Shown: positions 38,265 to 48,956, counted from the first letter of the stretch. The stretch is DNA of 64,000 nt from Alkalispirochaeta sp. (GCA_965601925.1 OZ271854.1:2720001-2784000), one strand, 5' to 3'. The notes: generated by a model not told the origin, from the letters alone. A program made the numbers and translations.

Positions 38265-38744
38265 GTGATAAAGATATACCGCCTGTTCATTCCCTTCTTG
38301 CTGGTCGCAACCAGCGGCGTCCTCGGTGCACTTCAGCCCGTTGAACATCAAAATGTCGGAAGCGCCGGCGCTTCCCGGCGTATTGCCGTCGTTTCCGAAT
38401 GGAGTCGCTACAAGGCATCATTGATCGAGGCGTTGACGGAGGAGCTTGACGACGGAGAGACGAGCATCGCGGTACGCAGTTTTGACGATTTTTCAAATCT
38501 TGATGCGCGCGATTTCGATGCGGTAATCGTGATTAACGCCGGTGTGGGAAGCGAGGTACGACGTCCGGTGGTCGATTGGCTGAATCGACAAGATTCCGAC
38601 GACAATATTGTCGTGCTTACGACGCAGATCTCCAACTGGACGCCGCAGATCGAGGTCGACTCGGTGACATCGGCGTCGCGTAACCGTAACATTCCGGAGG
38701 TGAGTCGCGAGTTGGTGGAGATCGCCCGCTCATATTACCGGTAG
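38265..38744 (+). CDS. Hypothetical exported protein (flavodoxin-like alpha/beta pattern)
   Basis: AAGGAG SD before GTG 38265; signal-like N-terminus; FDAVIVI and VDSVTSAS. Confidence 0.6.
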   Translation: MIKIYRLFIPFLLVATSGVLGALQPVEHQNVGSAGASRRIAVVSEWSRYKASLIEALTEELDDGETSIAVRSFDDFSNLDARDFDAVIVINAGVGSEVRRPVVDWLNRQDSDDNIVVLTTQISNWTPQIEVDSVTSASRNRNIPEVSRELVEIARSYYR

Positions 38745-38801
38745 CGACGACCGGCGGCGGCGCATCGTGCCGTCGCCGTCGTTTCCATGTATAATCGTCG
38801 C

Positions 38802-40505
38802 ATGAGCGTCGATTGGGATGAGATACGAGCCGACATTGTAGGATGTGATGCGACGATCGCCACCCCGTACGGGGATCGCCGGATCGCATATGCCGACTTC
38901 ACCGCCTCCGGGCGGGCGCTTCGCAGTTTTGAGCGCTACGTCGAGCACCTTCTCGAACACTATGCCAACACGCACACCGAGGACGACACGACCGGACGGG
39001 TGACGAGTCGCCGCCTGGCGGCCGCGGAACGGATCATCAAGGATCGCCTTAACGCGGACGAGCACTACAAACTCATAGCCGTCGGCGCCGGCGCCACGGC
39101 GGCGATCAATCGTCTTCAACAGATTCTCGGTGTCTATATTCCCCCGGCGACCCGCGATCGTCTGGAGTGCATCGGGTGCCTTGACGCCGCCGACCCGGCG
39201 GTGCGTTCGCGCTTGCCGGTCGTATTCGTAGGACCCTACGAACACCATTCCAACGAAATTTCGTGGCGAGAGGGACTGGCGGAGGTGGTCGAAGTCGAAC
39301 TCGACGCGATGGGGCGGTTGTCTTTGGACGATCTGGAAACTAAGCTCGCCGATTCCGCGTGGGACGGTCGCCAGAAGATCGGCTCGTTTTCCGCCGCGTC
39401 GAACGTGTCCGGCGTACGGACCGACGTGTACGCCGTCGCGCGTACGCTCCATCGTCACGACGCGCTCGCCTTTTTCGATTTCTCGGCGTCGGCGCCGTAC
39501 GCCCGTATCGATGTGCGGCGTGACGAGGAGGCCTACTTCGACGGCGTCTTCTTCTCGCCCCACAAGTATTTGGGAGGTCCCGGAGCGAGCGGCGTTTTAT
39601 TGGTGCGCGACACGCTCTATCGCGACGACTTGCCCCCGTCGGTGTCGGGGGGCGGAACGGTGAGTTTCGTCAACGCTGCGACCCAGGACTATCTCGAGGA
39701 TATCGAGGAGCGGGAGAAAGCGGGAACGCCGGGCATCATACAAACCATGCGTGCCGCCCTGGCCATCGACCTCCAACATCTCATCGGAGTCGAGGCGATC
39801 GAGGAACGGGAGCGCGAGCTCATCGGGCGCGCGTTAGACCGGTTGGGCGCGGTGCGCGGGATCGAGATCGTCGGCGACGCACCGCCGGCCGAGAGACTCG
39901 CGATCTTTTCGTTTAACGTACGAGCGGGTACGGGATACCTCCACCCTCGGTTTGTCGTACGGCTGCTTAACGATCTATTCGGGATTCAATCGCGCGCCGG
40001 CTGCTCGTGCGCCGGCCCCTACGGCCATCGATTGTTACACATCGACCTGGAGACCTCCGAACGCTATCGCGACTATATCCGGCGCGGGGAGCACGGGGTC
40101 AAGCCGGGCTGGGTCAGGCTCAATTTCCATTATTTGACGACCGACGAGGAGTTCGATTTCATCTGTTCCGCCGTCGAGTTTATCGTACGCCACGGGAGAC
40201 TCTTTCTGGCCGATTACCGATTCGATCTCAAAAGCGGCGCATGGGTGCACCGTGACGAGGTCGAAGACGACGAACGTATGGGCGCAGAGGTCGCGTTGAC
40301 GGCGGGACGGATCGGCGGAACGCTCGATTCCCTCAAGGGTCGGTCGCGCGCGGACGATGCTGACGCGGTGCGCGCCGAACGAGCGAGATACTTCGCCGAG
40401 GCGGCTCGGTGCGCGGAGGAGCTTGCAGGTCGGTTCTCCGACGAGGATCTCAGGGAAACGGCCGACGAGTTGATCCCCTTCTGGTACCTGTCCGCGGTAC
40501 GGTAG
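38802..40505 (+). CDS. Aminotransferase class V / cysteine desulfurase-like PLP enzyme
   Basis: YADFTASG, EHHSN, SPHK.LGGPG, GGGTV, GTP and RAGCSCAGPY. Confidence 0.9.
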   Translation: MSVDWDEIRADIVGCDATIATPYGDRRIAYADFTASGRALRSFERYVEHLLEHYANTHTEDDTTGRVTSRRLAAAERIIKDRLNADEHYKLIAVGAGATAAINRLQQILGVYIPPATRDRLECIGCLDAADPAVRSRLPVVFVGPYEHHSNEISWREGLAEVVEVELDAMGRLSLDDLETKLADSAWDGRQKIGSFSAASNVSGVRTDVYAVARTLHRHDALAFFDFSASAPYARIDVRRDEEAYFDGVFFSPHKYLGGPGASGVLLVRDTLYRDDLPPSVSGGGTVSFVNAATQDYLEDIEEREKAGTPGIIQTMRAALAIDLQHLIGVEAIEERERELIGRALDRLGAVRGIEIVGDAPPAERLAIFSFNVRAGTGYLHPRFVVRLLNDLFGIQSRAGCSCAGPYGHRLLHIDLETSERYRDYIRRGEHGVKPGWVRLNFHYLTTDEEFDFICSAVEFIVRHGRLFLADYRFDLKSGAWVHRDEVEDDERMGAEVALTAGRIGGTLDSLKGRSRADDADAVRAERARYFAEAARCAEELAGRFSDEDLRETADELIPFWYLSAVR

Positions 40506-40558
40506 AGAGTTGCCGGGCCGAAGAGGCGGTAGTACCTTGGCGTCAAGGTTCAACCGTA

Positions 40559-42073
40559 ATGAAGCGAGCACTTGTTATCGGCAGCGGTTTCGGCGGGCTG
40601 TCCGCTGCAGCGTTTTTGGCCCGCGACGGCTATCGCGTAGAGGTCCTGGAGAAAAACGACTGGGTAGGCGGCCGCGCCCGCGTACTGGAAAAAGATGGAT
40701 ATCGGTTCGACATGGGGCCGAGTTGGTACTGGATGCCCGATCAGCACGACCGCTGGTTCGAGCAGTTCGGGGAATCACGCAGCGATTTCTACGATATTCA
40801 GCGCGTCGATCCGAGTTACCGCGTCTACTACGGCGACGCCGTACCCGGTGAGGAACGGAACGTCGTCGACATTCCCGCCGATCGGGAGGGTGCGCGCGCG
40901 GTATTCGAGCACTACGAGCCCGGTGCCGGCGAAGTGTTGGAGCGCTACATCGCCGACTGTCGTCGCAAGTATCGCTTTGCGATGGACTCGTTCATCTACA
41001 AGAACTACTATTCGGTCTTCGATTTGGTGAACTGGCGAGTCATATCGAATCTGCCGGGATTGAATATGTTCCAGAGCTTCGGTGGGCGGGTGCGTCGTCG
41101 ATTTCGCCACCCGTACCTGAGGCGGATTCTCGAGTTTCCCGTTGTCTTTCTCGGAAGTAGTCCCAAACAGACGCCGGCGATCTATACACTGATGAATCAC
41201 ATCGACTTCGATCTGGGTACGTGGTATCCGCACGGTGGCTTCGGCGCGGTAGTCGGCTCGATGCAAAAGGTCGCCGAACGTCAGGGCGCCGTATTCCGAT
41301 TCAACCACGAGGTAACCGAGATCGATGTCGAGCGTGTCGGCCGAAAGGCTCGCGCAGTCGGGGTGCAGGTAAAAACCGCTGATGGAGCCACGAGGCGCAT
41401 CGAGGGTGACGTCGTCGTCGCCAACGCCGACTATCACCACGTCGAAACCGACCTTTTGCCGCACGCGTATCGATCGATTTCGCGGCGACGATGGAAGAAT
41501 GTCTCCCTCGCTCCGGCGGTCGTGAACTATTATCTCGGATTCGATCGTGAACTCGACGAGTTCGTACATCACACCTTCTTCTTCGACGCCGACTGGGAGA
41601 CCCACTTCGATGCCGTGTACGGCCGCCGTCGCTGGATAGACGAGCCGCTGTTTTACATTCACCTTCCGTCCAAGACCGACCCGTCGAGCGCTCCGGCGGG
41701 ACACGAGGCGATGTTTCTCCTGATACCCGTCGCGCCGGGACTCGAAGATACGCCCGCGCGACGCGAGCAGTACCTGGAAGCCGCATTGTCGCGTATGGAG
41801 AGCCTTACCGGACGGCCGTTGAGACGCCATCTGGTGTTTCAGGAACGCATGTCGCTCTCCGATTTTGAGCGCGATTACCACGCCTTTCGGGGAAATGCCT
41901 TCGGCCTCGGACAGACGCTCCTCCAAACGGCGTGGTTCCGGACGGCGAATCGATCCAAGCGGGTCGAGAACCTCTACTTTGCCGGGCAGTACACCGTGCC
42001 CGGTACGGGAACGACTATGAGTATGATCAGCGGCGAGGTGGCGGCGATGCGTATCGGCGCGGAACAACCCTGA
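40559..42073 (+). CDS. crtI: Phytoene desaturase-family carotenoid oxidoreductase
   Basis: VIGSGFGGL, LEKN..VGGRA, FDMGPSWYWMP, GNAFGL.QT..Q and NLYFAG..T.PG.G. Confidence 0.88.
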   Translation: MKRALVIGSGFGGLSAAAFLARDGYRVEVLEKNDWVGGRARVLEKDGYRFDMGPSWYWMPDQHDRWFEQFGESRSDFYDIQRVDPSYRVYYGDAVPGEERNVVDIPADREGARAVFEHYEPGAGEVLERYIADCRRKYRFAMDSFIYKNYYSVFDLVNWRVISNLPGLNMFQSFGGRVRRRFRHPYLRRILEFPVVFLGSSPKQTPAIYTLMNHIDFDLGTWYPHGGFGAVVGSMQKVAERQGAVFRFNHEVTEIDVERVGRKARAVGVQVKTADGATRRIEGDVVVANADYHHVETDLLPHAYRSISRRRWKNVSLAPAVVNYYLGFDRELDEFVHHTFFFDADWETHFDAVYGRRRWIDEPLFYIHLPSKTDPSSAPAGHEAMFLLIPVAPGLEDTPARREQYLEAALSRMESLTGRPLRRHLVFQERMSLSDFERDYHAFRGNAFGLGQTLLQTAWFRTANRSKRVENLYFAGQYTVPGTGTTMSMISGEVAAMRIGAEQP

Positions 42074-42175
42074 CGTTTTGCACCGCGCATACGTCCTTTT
42101 TTGCGGGGTGCCGCGTCCGCTCGAGCGATGTCGGCCCATCTTGTCGCGACGATACGGGAGGAATAGACTGCTGCC

Positions 42176-43027
42176 ATGAGTTGGTTTGGAAAGATGATCG
42201 GGGGAACGATCGGAATGATGATCGGCGGCCCCCTGGGAGCCATCGCCGGCGGTGCCATCGGGCATCACCTCTTCGATAAACAGAGCGGCGGCGCGCGCAG
42301 AGTGACCGGAGGTCCCTTCAGCGGCGCGGCGAGAGGTGCGTATCGCGATTCCGGCGGAGCCCGCTCCACTCGCAGCTCGGGCGCGCGTACCGGCTCCACC
42401 GGGAGCACGGCGCGAACGAGTCCGACGGAAGAGCGGCAGGCGGCCTATTTTCTCGCCCTTTTTTCGATTCTCGGCAAGATTGCCAAGGCGGACGGCCACA
42501 TCACCCGTGAAGAGGGCGAAATGGTCGTCTCCTTCCTCGATCGGATGCACATCACCGGAGATCAGCGACAGTTTGCGATTCGCATCTTCAACGAGGCGAA
42601 AAACTCGCAGTACGGTCCCGAAGATTTCGCGCGCCAGTTTGCTCAGATGACGATGGGGCAAAGCGACTTGCGCTCGAGCATGGTCGACATGCTCTTTCAA
42701 ATCGCCCTCGCCGACAAGGAGCTCCATCCCGCGGAGGAGCGGATGATCGATGCGGTCGCCTCCATTCTGGGCGTCACGGGAGCGGAGTTCGCCTCAATTC
42801 GCAACCGTTATGTGGGAAACAGCGAGCACGCGTACGCCGTACTCGGCCTTTCGGAGGACGCGAACGACGACGAGGTGAAGGGTGCGTATCGGCGCCTCGT
42901 TCAAGAGTACCACCCGGATCGCATCGTATCGCAGGGCATGCCGGAGGAGTTCGTCGAGTATGCGACCCAGCGCTTTCAGGAGATCCAGTCGGCCTGGGAG
43001 ACGATCAAAACGCGTCGAGGTTTTTGA
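42176..43027 (+). CDS. djlA: DjlA-like co-chaperone (TM, TerB-like, J domain)
   Basis: MSWFGK..GG..G...GGP.GA..G...GH..D, AKADG, and C-terminal J domain with HPD. Confidence 0.88.
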   Translation: MSWFGKMIGGTIGMMIGGPLGAIAGGAIGHHLFDKQSGGARRVTGGPFSGAARGAYRDSGGARSTRSSGARTGSTGSTARTSPTEERQAAYFLALFSILGKIAKADGHITREEGEMVVSFLDRMHITGDQRQFAIRIFNEAKNSQYGPEDFARQFAQMTMGQSDLRSSMVDMLFQIALADKELHPAEERMIDAVASILGVTGAEFASIRNRYVGNSEHAYAVLGLSEDANDDEVKGAYRRLVQEYHPDRIVSQGMPEEFVEYATQRFQEIQSAWETIKTRRGF

Positions 43028-43047
43028 CTCCGCGTCCACCGGCTGAC

Positions 43048-44280
43048 CTACAGTGTCGCGGTGATTACACCCTCATCTCGAATGTGCAACTCCATGACAG
43101 AGTGCTCCCCGAATATCTCGGTCATCATAGTGCGATACTCTTCGAGGCGGTCGGTCGGTATCGCCGCGAGGATCGTACCTGCGAAACCGCCGCCGTGGAC
43201 GCGGCATGCCCCCGTCGATCCGTATCGATTCAAAAAGGCGCGCGTTGCGTAGAGCGCCACGGCGAGCGGTTGCTCCCGCTCGTATCCGTCGGGATGGATG
43301 TTCTGCAAGAGCATCCAGCTCGAGTCGCCGCTCGCGTTCATAATCTCCAACACCCGGTCGAAGCGGCGGTCTTCGGCCGCTTTTGCCAACTCGGATACGC
43401 GATCCTGCTCGTCGAAAAAATGAAAGGCCCGTAGTACCGCCCGGTCGCCCACCTCGGTGCGCACGTCGTTGAGGCGCAAGGACAACGCCTCGCGACTCGT
43501 CTCGACGAGATTTGAGGCTCCGACGGCGGCGGCAACGGCGCGCATTTCCCGCGGAATCGCGGCGTAGTGACCCGTCAGATCGGCGTGGCTCCCGCCGCTG
43601 TTGACCACGACCAACGTGTTGCCGGTGGCACCGATATCGAGCTGTAGGCGCGTGTAGTGCGGCTCGGAAGAGTCGGCGAAATCGATGGCTACAGCGCCGC
43701 CCACGGCGCTTGCCGTCTGGTCCATGAGGCCGCTCGGCTTGTCCATATAGTGGTTTTCGGCGTACTGGCCGGCGCGAGCGATATCGAGCGCGGACGGTGA
43801 TTGACCGGAAAGGACGGCGTGAACCCCGGCGAGCCCGACCACGAGGGCCGCCGAAGAGCTGAGTCCGCTTCCGGGCGTGACGCGGCTGTCCATGACGGCG
43901 CGATAGGGCGGCGTTGCGAACCCCGCGTCGACGAGTCCGGCGGCGACACCGCGCATCAGTCGCTCGGTGTCGTGTGTGTCTACGACGCGATCCGCTTCGT
44001 AGTCTACCTCGAATTGCCGAGGCCACCCTACGGACTTGAGAGAGCTACGTGACTCGTCGGCCGGTGAGGCGACAATGAGGGCGTCGAGGTCCACGGCCGC
44101 GGCGACAACTCGACCGCCGTTGTGATCGGTGTGGTTTCCGATAATCTCGGTGCGTCCCGGAGCACTGACAACGACGGTCGGCTCCGCTCCATAGGTGGCG
44201 ACGAACTCCTCGCGGAGCGTTTGCAGGCGAGCAGCGCCGTCGGTGACGGCGTGCAATAAGCTGTCGAGTCGGTGGTGCAT
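43048..44280 (-). CDS. galK: Galactokinase (GHMP kinase)
   Basis: APGR.E..GNHTDH, PGSGLSSSAA, GLMDQ and RVHGGGFAG. Confidence 0.88.
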   Translation of the reverse strand: MHHRLDSLLHAVTDGAARLQTLREEFVATYGAEPTVVVSAPGRTEIIGNHTDHNGGRVVAAAVDLDALIVASPADESRSSLKSVGWPRQFEVDYEADRVVDTHDTERLMRGVAAGLVDAGFATPPYRAVMDSRVTPGSGLSSSAALVVGLAGVHAVLSGQSPSALDIARAGQYAENHYMDKPSGLMDQTASAVGGAVAIDFADSSEPHYTRLQLDIGATGNTLVVVNSGGSHADLTGHYAAIPREMRAVAAAVGASNLVETSREALSLRLNDVRTEVGDRAVLRAFHFFDEQDRVSELAKAAEDRRFDRVLEIMNASGDSSWMLLQNIHPDGYEREQPLAVALYATRAFLNRYGSTGACRVHGGGFAGTILAAIPTDRLEEYRTMMTEIFGEHSVMELHIRDEGVITATL

Positions 44281-44527
44281 GTCAATGCGTTATCACGGTG
44301 CCGGGGCGCTGTCAAGCGGCGCGGCGCGTCCTTGATGGCGCGTGTAGTAACTATTTGCTGACCCGGGGACCGCGTCTCCGGACTCAGTAGACGCAGACGT
44401 CTGGAATCGCCCGGCGCCACGCCCCGCCCGGTCGCTATTGATATCATTCACGCTCGATGGTGGTTGGTGCATTGGTAAGGGGAGGGGAGAAGGGGGCGGA
44501 GCGGCGGCCCGATCTTGGACCGTGACG

Positions 44528-44968
44528 TCAGGACGCGCCCTGCGCGTCCTCGTCGAAGAATCCCTCTTCGAACATGCGCTCATCGATGATCTCTAAGAGT
44601 CGTAGCGAGAGTACGCGCGGCCATTCGGGGAGCATGCCCGTCTCGTCTTCCTCATATTTCCAGAGGATCGCCTCGAAGAGCGCTATCGATTCACGGTACT
44701 GCTCTTGCTTATAGGCGATGAACGCGATCTCGTATTCCGCCTCGACGATCGCGCCGCGTTCGTCCGGAAACCGGCGTATGAACTCTTCATAGTAACGAAG
44801 GGCGAGCTCCCAGCGCTCTACCTCTACCGCTTCCTGAGCGCGCTGGAACATCTCCATGCGACTCAGCCCCTCGGGTATCTCTTCCGGGACCGTCTGGCAA
44901 GCTGCGGTGAGCGCTGCGATTCCCATCGCGAGCGCTACGGTGACGATCCGATGCATATGACGCTTCAC
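44528..44968 (-). CDS. Small TPR/BamD-like lipoprotein
   Basis: Lipobox TAAC; helical repeats A...YEEFIRRFP...AEYEIAF..YK. Promoter TTGAAC-17-TACGTT lies 6 nt upstream of the GTG. Confidence 0.8.
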   Translation of the reverse strand: MKRHMHRIVTVALAMGIAALTAACQTVPEEIPEGLSRMEMFQRAQEAVEVERWELALRYYEEFIRRFPDERGAIVEAEYEIAFIAYKQEQYRESIALFEAILWKYEEDETGMLPEWPRVLSLRLLEIIDERMFEEGFFDEDAQGAS

Positions 44969-45070
44969 ATCGGCAACGTACCACGTATGTATGGTCGGTT
45001 CAAGGCTGCGTGACGGCCGCTGACGCCGACCGAGAGCTTCGTCCGCTCCCGATCGGCGACGCGATACGCG

Positions 45071-47614
45071 TCATGCGTTCCAGCGTAGGAGTCCCGGGAC
45101 GTAAGGATGGACCAAATCCTGATTGGCCGGGATGACGCGCACCGCGAATCCCTGCCGCCCCGCGTGTCGGCATCGCACGCGGGCGCGAAAGACATGCCCT
45201 TTCTCGTCTCGCTCGCTACTCTTCATGACGACGATTTGCGGGTCCCGTAACGCTCCCTCGGCGTCGATCCTCCCGGTATACACCTGCACTGATACCTCCG
45301 ATGGGGCGATCTCGCCCAGGTGGACGCGGCATTCGACTGAGAAGGTATCGCCGACTTTGAGGCTGCGGTGTTCGGCTCCCGCGATATCGAAGACCGAGAC
45401 GTGGGCCCATGCTCCTTGGAGGCGCTCGATATACTTCGACAGACCCCTTGCAACCTCGAAGTCGTTCTTGGTAATCCGCTCGGAGTTCTTGAGCGCCGGA
45501 AGATAGAACTGCTCGCAGTACTCGCGGAGCATTCTGCTGGTGGAAAACTGTCCGCCCAACCGTTGCATCGACGCTTTCATGCGGGCGATCCACTCTCTGG
45601 GGAGTCCGTCGCGCCCCCGTTCGTAGTAGGTGGGGATGATTTCGCGCTCCAGGAGGTCGTAAAGGAGCGTACTCTCTATCTCGTCCTGCATCTCCTCGTC
45701 GGCGTACTCCTCGCCGGCGCCGATCGCGAAGCCGACCTCCGGATTGTACCCTTCGGCCCACCAGCCGTCGAGAATCGAGCAGTTGAGGACGCCGTTAATC
45801 GCCGCCTTCATCCCGCTCGTGCCGCTCGCCTCCATCGGTCGCCGCGGCGTGTTGAGCCAGATATCGCTCCCCCCGACCAGATGCTTCGCGATCTCCAGAT
45901 CGTAGTTCTCCAGGAAGACGATCTTACTGCGGATTTCGGGATCGTCCGAGAAGTGCACGATCTCTTTGATGAGATTCTTTCCCGGAATGTCGTGCGGATG
46001 CGCTTTGCCGGCAAAGATGATCTGCACGGGGCGATCGGGGTTCGTCAAAAGGCGGCGCAAGCGATCCAGATCGCGAAAGAGGAGAGTCGCACGCTTGTAG
46101 GTGGCGAAGCGCCGCGCGAAGCTGATCGTGAAGGTGTACGGTGAGAGCACCTCGTCGGCGTGTACCACCTGCGATTGGCTCGCGCCGCGCCGGGTAAGTT
46201 GGCGTTTGAGTCGCTCGCGGGCAAAGGAGACGAGTTGGTTCTTGCCGACCTCGTGGGTGCGCCACAGCTCCTCGTCGGAGATGCGGTCCATACGATCCCA
46301 AATCTGCGTGTAGGTCGGCTCATCCTGAAAGCGCGGACCGAAGTACCGATCGAGAAGATCCTTCATCTCGCGGCTGAGAAAGCTGCGGGAGTGCACTCCG
46401 TTGGTGATATGGGTGATCGGGATCTCGTCCTCCGGGAGGTCGGGCCAGATCTGCTTCCACATCGTACGCGAAACCTCGCCGTGGAGTCCGCTCACGCCGT
46501 TGTTGTAGGCGCTCAGACGGATCGCGAGGACCGTCATGCAGAAGGGCTCCTGCGGATCGGCGGGGTTTTCGCGACCCAGGGCGATGAACTCGTCCCAGCT
46601 GAACCCCGTGCCGTCGGTGATCGCGTGAAAGTACTTCTGCATCATATCGACGCCGAAACGCTCGTTGCCCGCGGGCACGGGGGTGTGGGTCGTGAAGATA
46701 TTGGTGGGCCATACGGTCTGTATCGCCTCGCGTCTCGACAAGCCGTCGTTTTGGATGTACTCGCGGATACGTTCAAGTGCCAAAAAGGCCGAATGTCCCT
46801 CGTTCATGTGGGTAACGGCGGGGTTAATGCCCATAGCCCGGAGCGCACGAATACCTCCGATACCGAGGACGATCTCCTGTCTCATGCGCATTTCCCGATC
46901 GCCGCCGTACAGCGTCGAGGTGATGGCACGATCGTCTTCGTCGTTTTCGTCGATGTTGGTATCGAGTAAGTACAAGCTGACCCGTCCGACCGTTACCTCC
47001 CACACCCGCGCGACGACGTGCGACTCCGAGAGTTCGATCCCGACCTTGACGTCGTTGCCGTCTTTGTCGGTGACGCGTCGAACCGGCATGTTGTACCAAT
47101 CGTTTTCCGGATAGCTCTCCTGTTGGAACCCGTCGGCGTTGAGGTATTGTTGAAAATATCCCTGCTGGTACAGAAGACCGACACCGACTAGGGGGAGTCC
47201 GAGGTCGCTGGCCGATTTCATGTGATCTCCCGACAGCACACCGAGACCGCCGGAGTAGATCGGAAGACTCACGTCCAGGCCGTACTCCATCGAGAAGTAG
47301 GCGACGACGTTCTTCTTGTTCCCCCGGTACCACGTCTCCTTTCCGGCCTTGTACTTGCGATATTTTTCCACCACCGCATTGAGCGATGCGAGATACGAGT
47401 CGTCGGTCGCAAGCGCTTCAAACCGTTGCTGCGGAACCATACCGAGCATGCGCACCGGATTCTGATTGCTCTGCATCCACGTATCGAAGTCGAGACGGGT
47501 GAACAGCGACTGCGCGTCGTGATTCCAACTCAGCCACAGATCGTGGGCGAGCTCTTCCAGCGGTTTAAGCGCTCGAGGGATCTGCGGGTTCACGGTATAT
47601 TCAATGAATTTCAT
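45071..47614 (-). CDS. glgP: Alpha-glucan (glycogen/maltodextrin) phosphorylase
   Basis: YSGGLGVLSGD, HMNEGH, ARRFATYKRA, FAGKAHP and EASGTSGMKA (PLP Lys). Confidence 0.96.
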   Translation of the reverse strand: MKFIEYTVNPQIPRALKPLEELAHDLWLSWNHDAQSLFTRLDFDTWMQSNQNPVRMLGMVPQQRFEALATDDSYLASLNAVVEKYRKYKAGKETWYRGNKKNVVAYFSMEYGLDVSLPIYSGGLGVLSGDHMKSASDLGLPLVGVGLLYQQGYFQQYLNADGFQQESYPENDWYNMPVRRVTDKDGNDVKVGIELSESHVVARVWEVTVGRVSLYLLDTNIDENDEDDRAITSTLYGGDREMRMRQEIVLGIGGIRALRAMGINPAVTHMNEGHSAFLALERIREYIQNDGLSRREAIQTVWPTNIFTTHTPVPAGNERFGVDMMQKYFHAITDGTGFSWDEFIALGRENPADPQEPFCMTVLAIRLSAYNNGVSGLHGEVSRTMWKQIWPDLPEDEIPITHITNGVHSRSFLSREMKDLLDRYFGPRFQDEPTYTQIWDRMDRISDEELWRTHEVGKNQLVSFARERLKRQLTRRGASQSQVVHADEVLSPYTFTISFARRFATYKRATLLFRDLDRLRRLLTNPDRPVQIIFAGKAHPHDIPGKNLIKEIVHFSDDPEIRSKIVFLENYDLEIAKHLVGGSDIWLNTPRRPMEASGTSGMKAAINGVLNCSILDGWWAEGYNPEVGFAIGAGEEYADEEMQDEIESTLLYDLLEREIIPTYYERGRDGLPREWIARMKASMQRLGGQFSTSRMLREYCEQFYLPALKNSERITKNDFEVARGLSKYIERLQGAWAHVSVFDIAGAEHRSLKVGDTFSVECRVHLGEIAPSEVSVQVYTGRIDAEGALRDPQIVVMKSSERDEKGHVFRARVRCRHAGRQGFAVRVIPANQDLVHPYVPGLLRWNA

Positions 47615-47649
47615 GGTGTAAGCTCCTTTGTTGCAGGCGATGCATCGTG

Positions 47650-47678
47650 ACGGTACTCGGCGGTCATGGTCGTGTCAA
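47650..47678 (-). promoter_or_regulatory. Sigma70 promoter of glgP
   Basis: Minus strand TTGACA (47678-47673), 17 bp, TACCGT (47655-47650). Confidence 0.5.
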
Positions 47679-47777
47679 TTGCAGTGTAGTGTGTGGGCGC
47701 CGGAGAAAACAACGATTTCACGGAAAACTAAAGTACAATCATTGCAGATAAAGGAATGTAGTTCCATAATTGCAAGG

Positions 47778-48956
47778 ATGTTGTTTCGAAGGTCATCGTA
47801 CTACCTCTCACGTCTCCTCGACGAGAAGGAGATCGTGATTTTGATAGGGCCGAGGCGGGTGGGTAAGACCACGCTGGCGTTGGCCGCGGGGGAGGAGCGC
47901 GACGCGTTGTACATCGACCTCGAGTCCCTCCGTGACCGAGCGAAAGTGGACGATCCCGAGCTCTATTTTTCTCGCCGTCGGGATCGACTCGTTATCGTGG
48001 ACGAGTTCCACCGTCTTCCCGGGCTATTGAGTATCCTCCCCCGCCTCCTGGAGCGGACCGGCGGCGTACAACGCCCGAAAGGACGCTTCCTCTTGATCGG
48101 GTCAGCGGCGATCGAACGTCCGGCGAGCTCCGACAGTGCCGGGGACGAACGCCTCGGCGTACTTGAGATGTCGTGCCTGTCGGTACTCGAGACCAAGGGT
48201 ACTCTCGAGGAAGAGACGTCACTCTGGGTTCGGGGCGGCATGCCCGAGAGCTTTCTCGCCGCCAATGACCGGCGAAGTATGAGATGTCGCGAGGAGCTCA
48301 TACAAGCCTATCTTGAACGCGAAATACCCCTCGCCGCGCCACGCCTCTCCGCACAGACGTCGTGGCGGCTCTTAACGATGCTCGCACATCTCCAAGGCAC
48401 CGCGCTAAACGTGGCGCGATTAGCGCGTAATCTCGGAGTGGACGCCAAGACGGCGGCGGCGTATGTGACGCTCTTCGCCGATCGACTTCTCGTGCGAATG
48501 CTCCCTCCGTGGGATGGGGCGGCGGGAGCAAAACGGATCGCGAAGAGGCCTCGTGTGTATCTCCGCGATAGTGGGTTCCTGCACGCCCTGCTCAGGATAG
48601 ACGATGAGGAGTCGCTTCTCTCCCATCCGATCGTCGGTGCAAGTTGGGAAGGGTTTGTCGTCGAAAATGTATTGTCTGCCGGTCCCCCCGGGAGCCGCGG
48701 ATACTACTACCGGGCGGCGGGCGGCGCGGAGATCGATCTTCTGGTGGTGTTGCCCGACGGTAAGCGGTACGCTATCGAGGTGCAGCGACGACTACAGCCC
48801 GTGCCGACGCGCGCCTTCGTCTCGGCTTGTAACGACGTCGAGCCGACCGACGCCTTCATCGTGTACCCGGGCCGCGAGACCTATCGTCTCGCCGAGCGCG
48901 TTACGGCGGCCTCGCTCGCCGACGTAGCCGAAGCGCTGAGCGAGGGCGGCGCGTGA
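47778..48956 (+). CDS. AAA_14 ATPase with DUF4143 domain
   Basis: GPRRVGKT, IVDE, GGMPE, KRPRVYLRDSG, GASWEG and EIDL. Start ATG 47778. Confidence 0.88.
   Translation: MLFRRSSYYLSRLLDEKEIVILIGPRRVGKTTLALAAGEERDALYIDLESLRDRAKVDDPELYFSRRRDRLVIVDEFHRLPGLLSILPRLLERTGGVQRPKGRFLLIGSAAIERPASSDSAGDERLGVLEMSCLSVLETKGTLEEETSLWVRGGMPESFLAANDRRSMRCREELIQAYLEREIPLAAPRLSAQTSWRLLTMLAHLQGTALNVARLARNLGVDAKTAAAYVTLFADRLLVRMLPPWDGAAGAKRIAKRPRVYLRDSGFLHALLRIDDEESLLSHPIVGASWEGFVVENVLSAGPPGSRGYYYRAAGGAEIDLLVVLPDGKRYAIEVQRRLQPVPTRAFVSACNDVEPTDAFIVYPGRETYRLAERVTAASLADVAEALSEGGA

Noticed and set aside
40775..42727. 650-aa minus-strand ORF, and similar long ORFs at 34229-35713, 17910-19139, 60324-61607 and 7743-8921
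   Set aside because: They are antisense shadows of well-supported genes, expected in high-GC DNA, and contain no recognisable motifs.
44474..44510. G-rich intergenic run as a G-quadruplex
   Set aside because: Only three tracts of three or more G; plausible by chance at this GC content.
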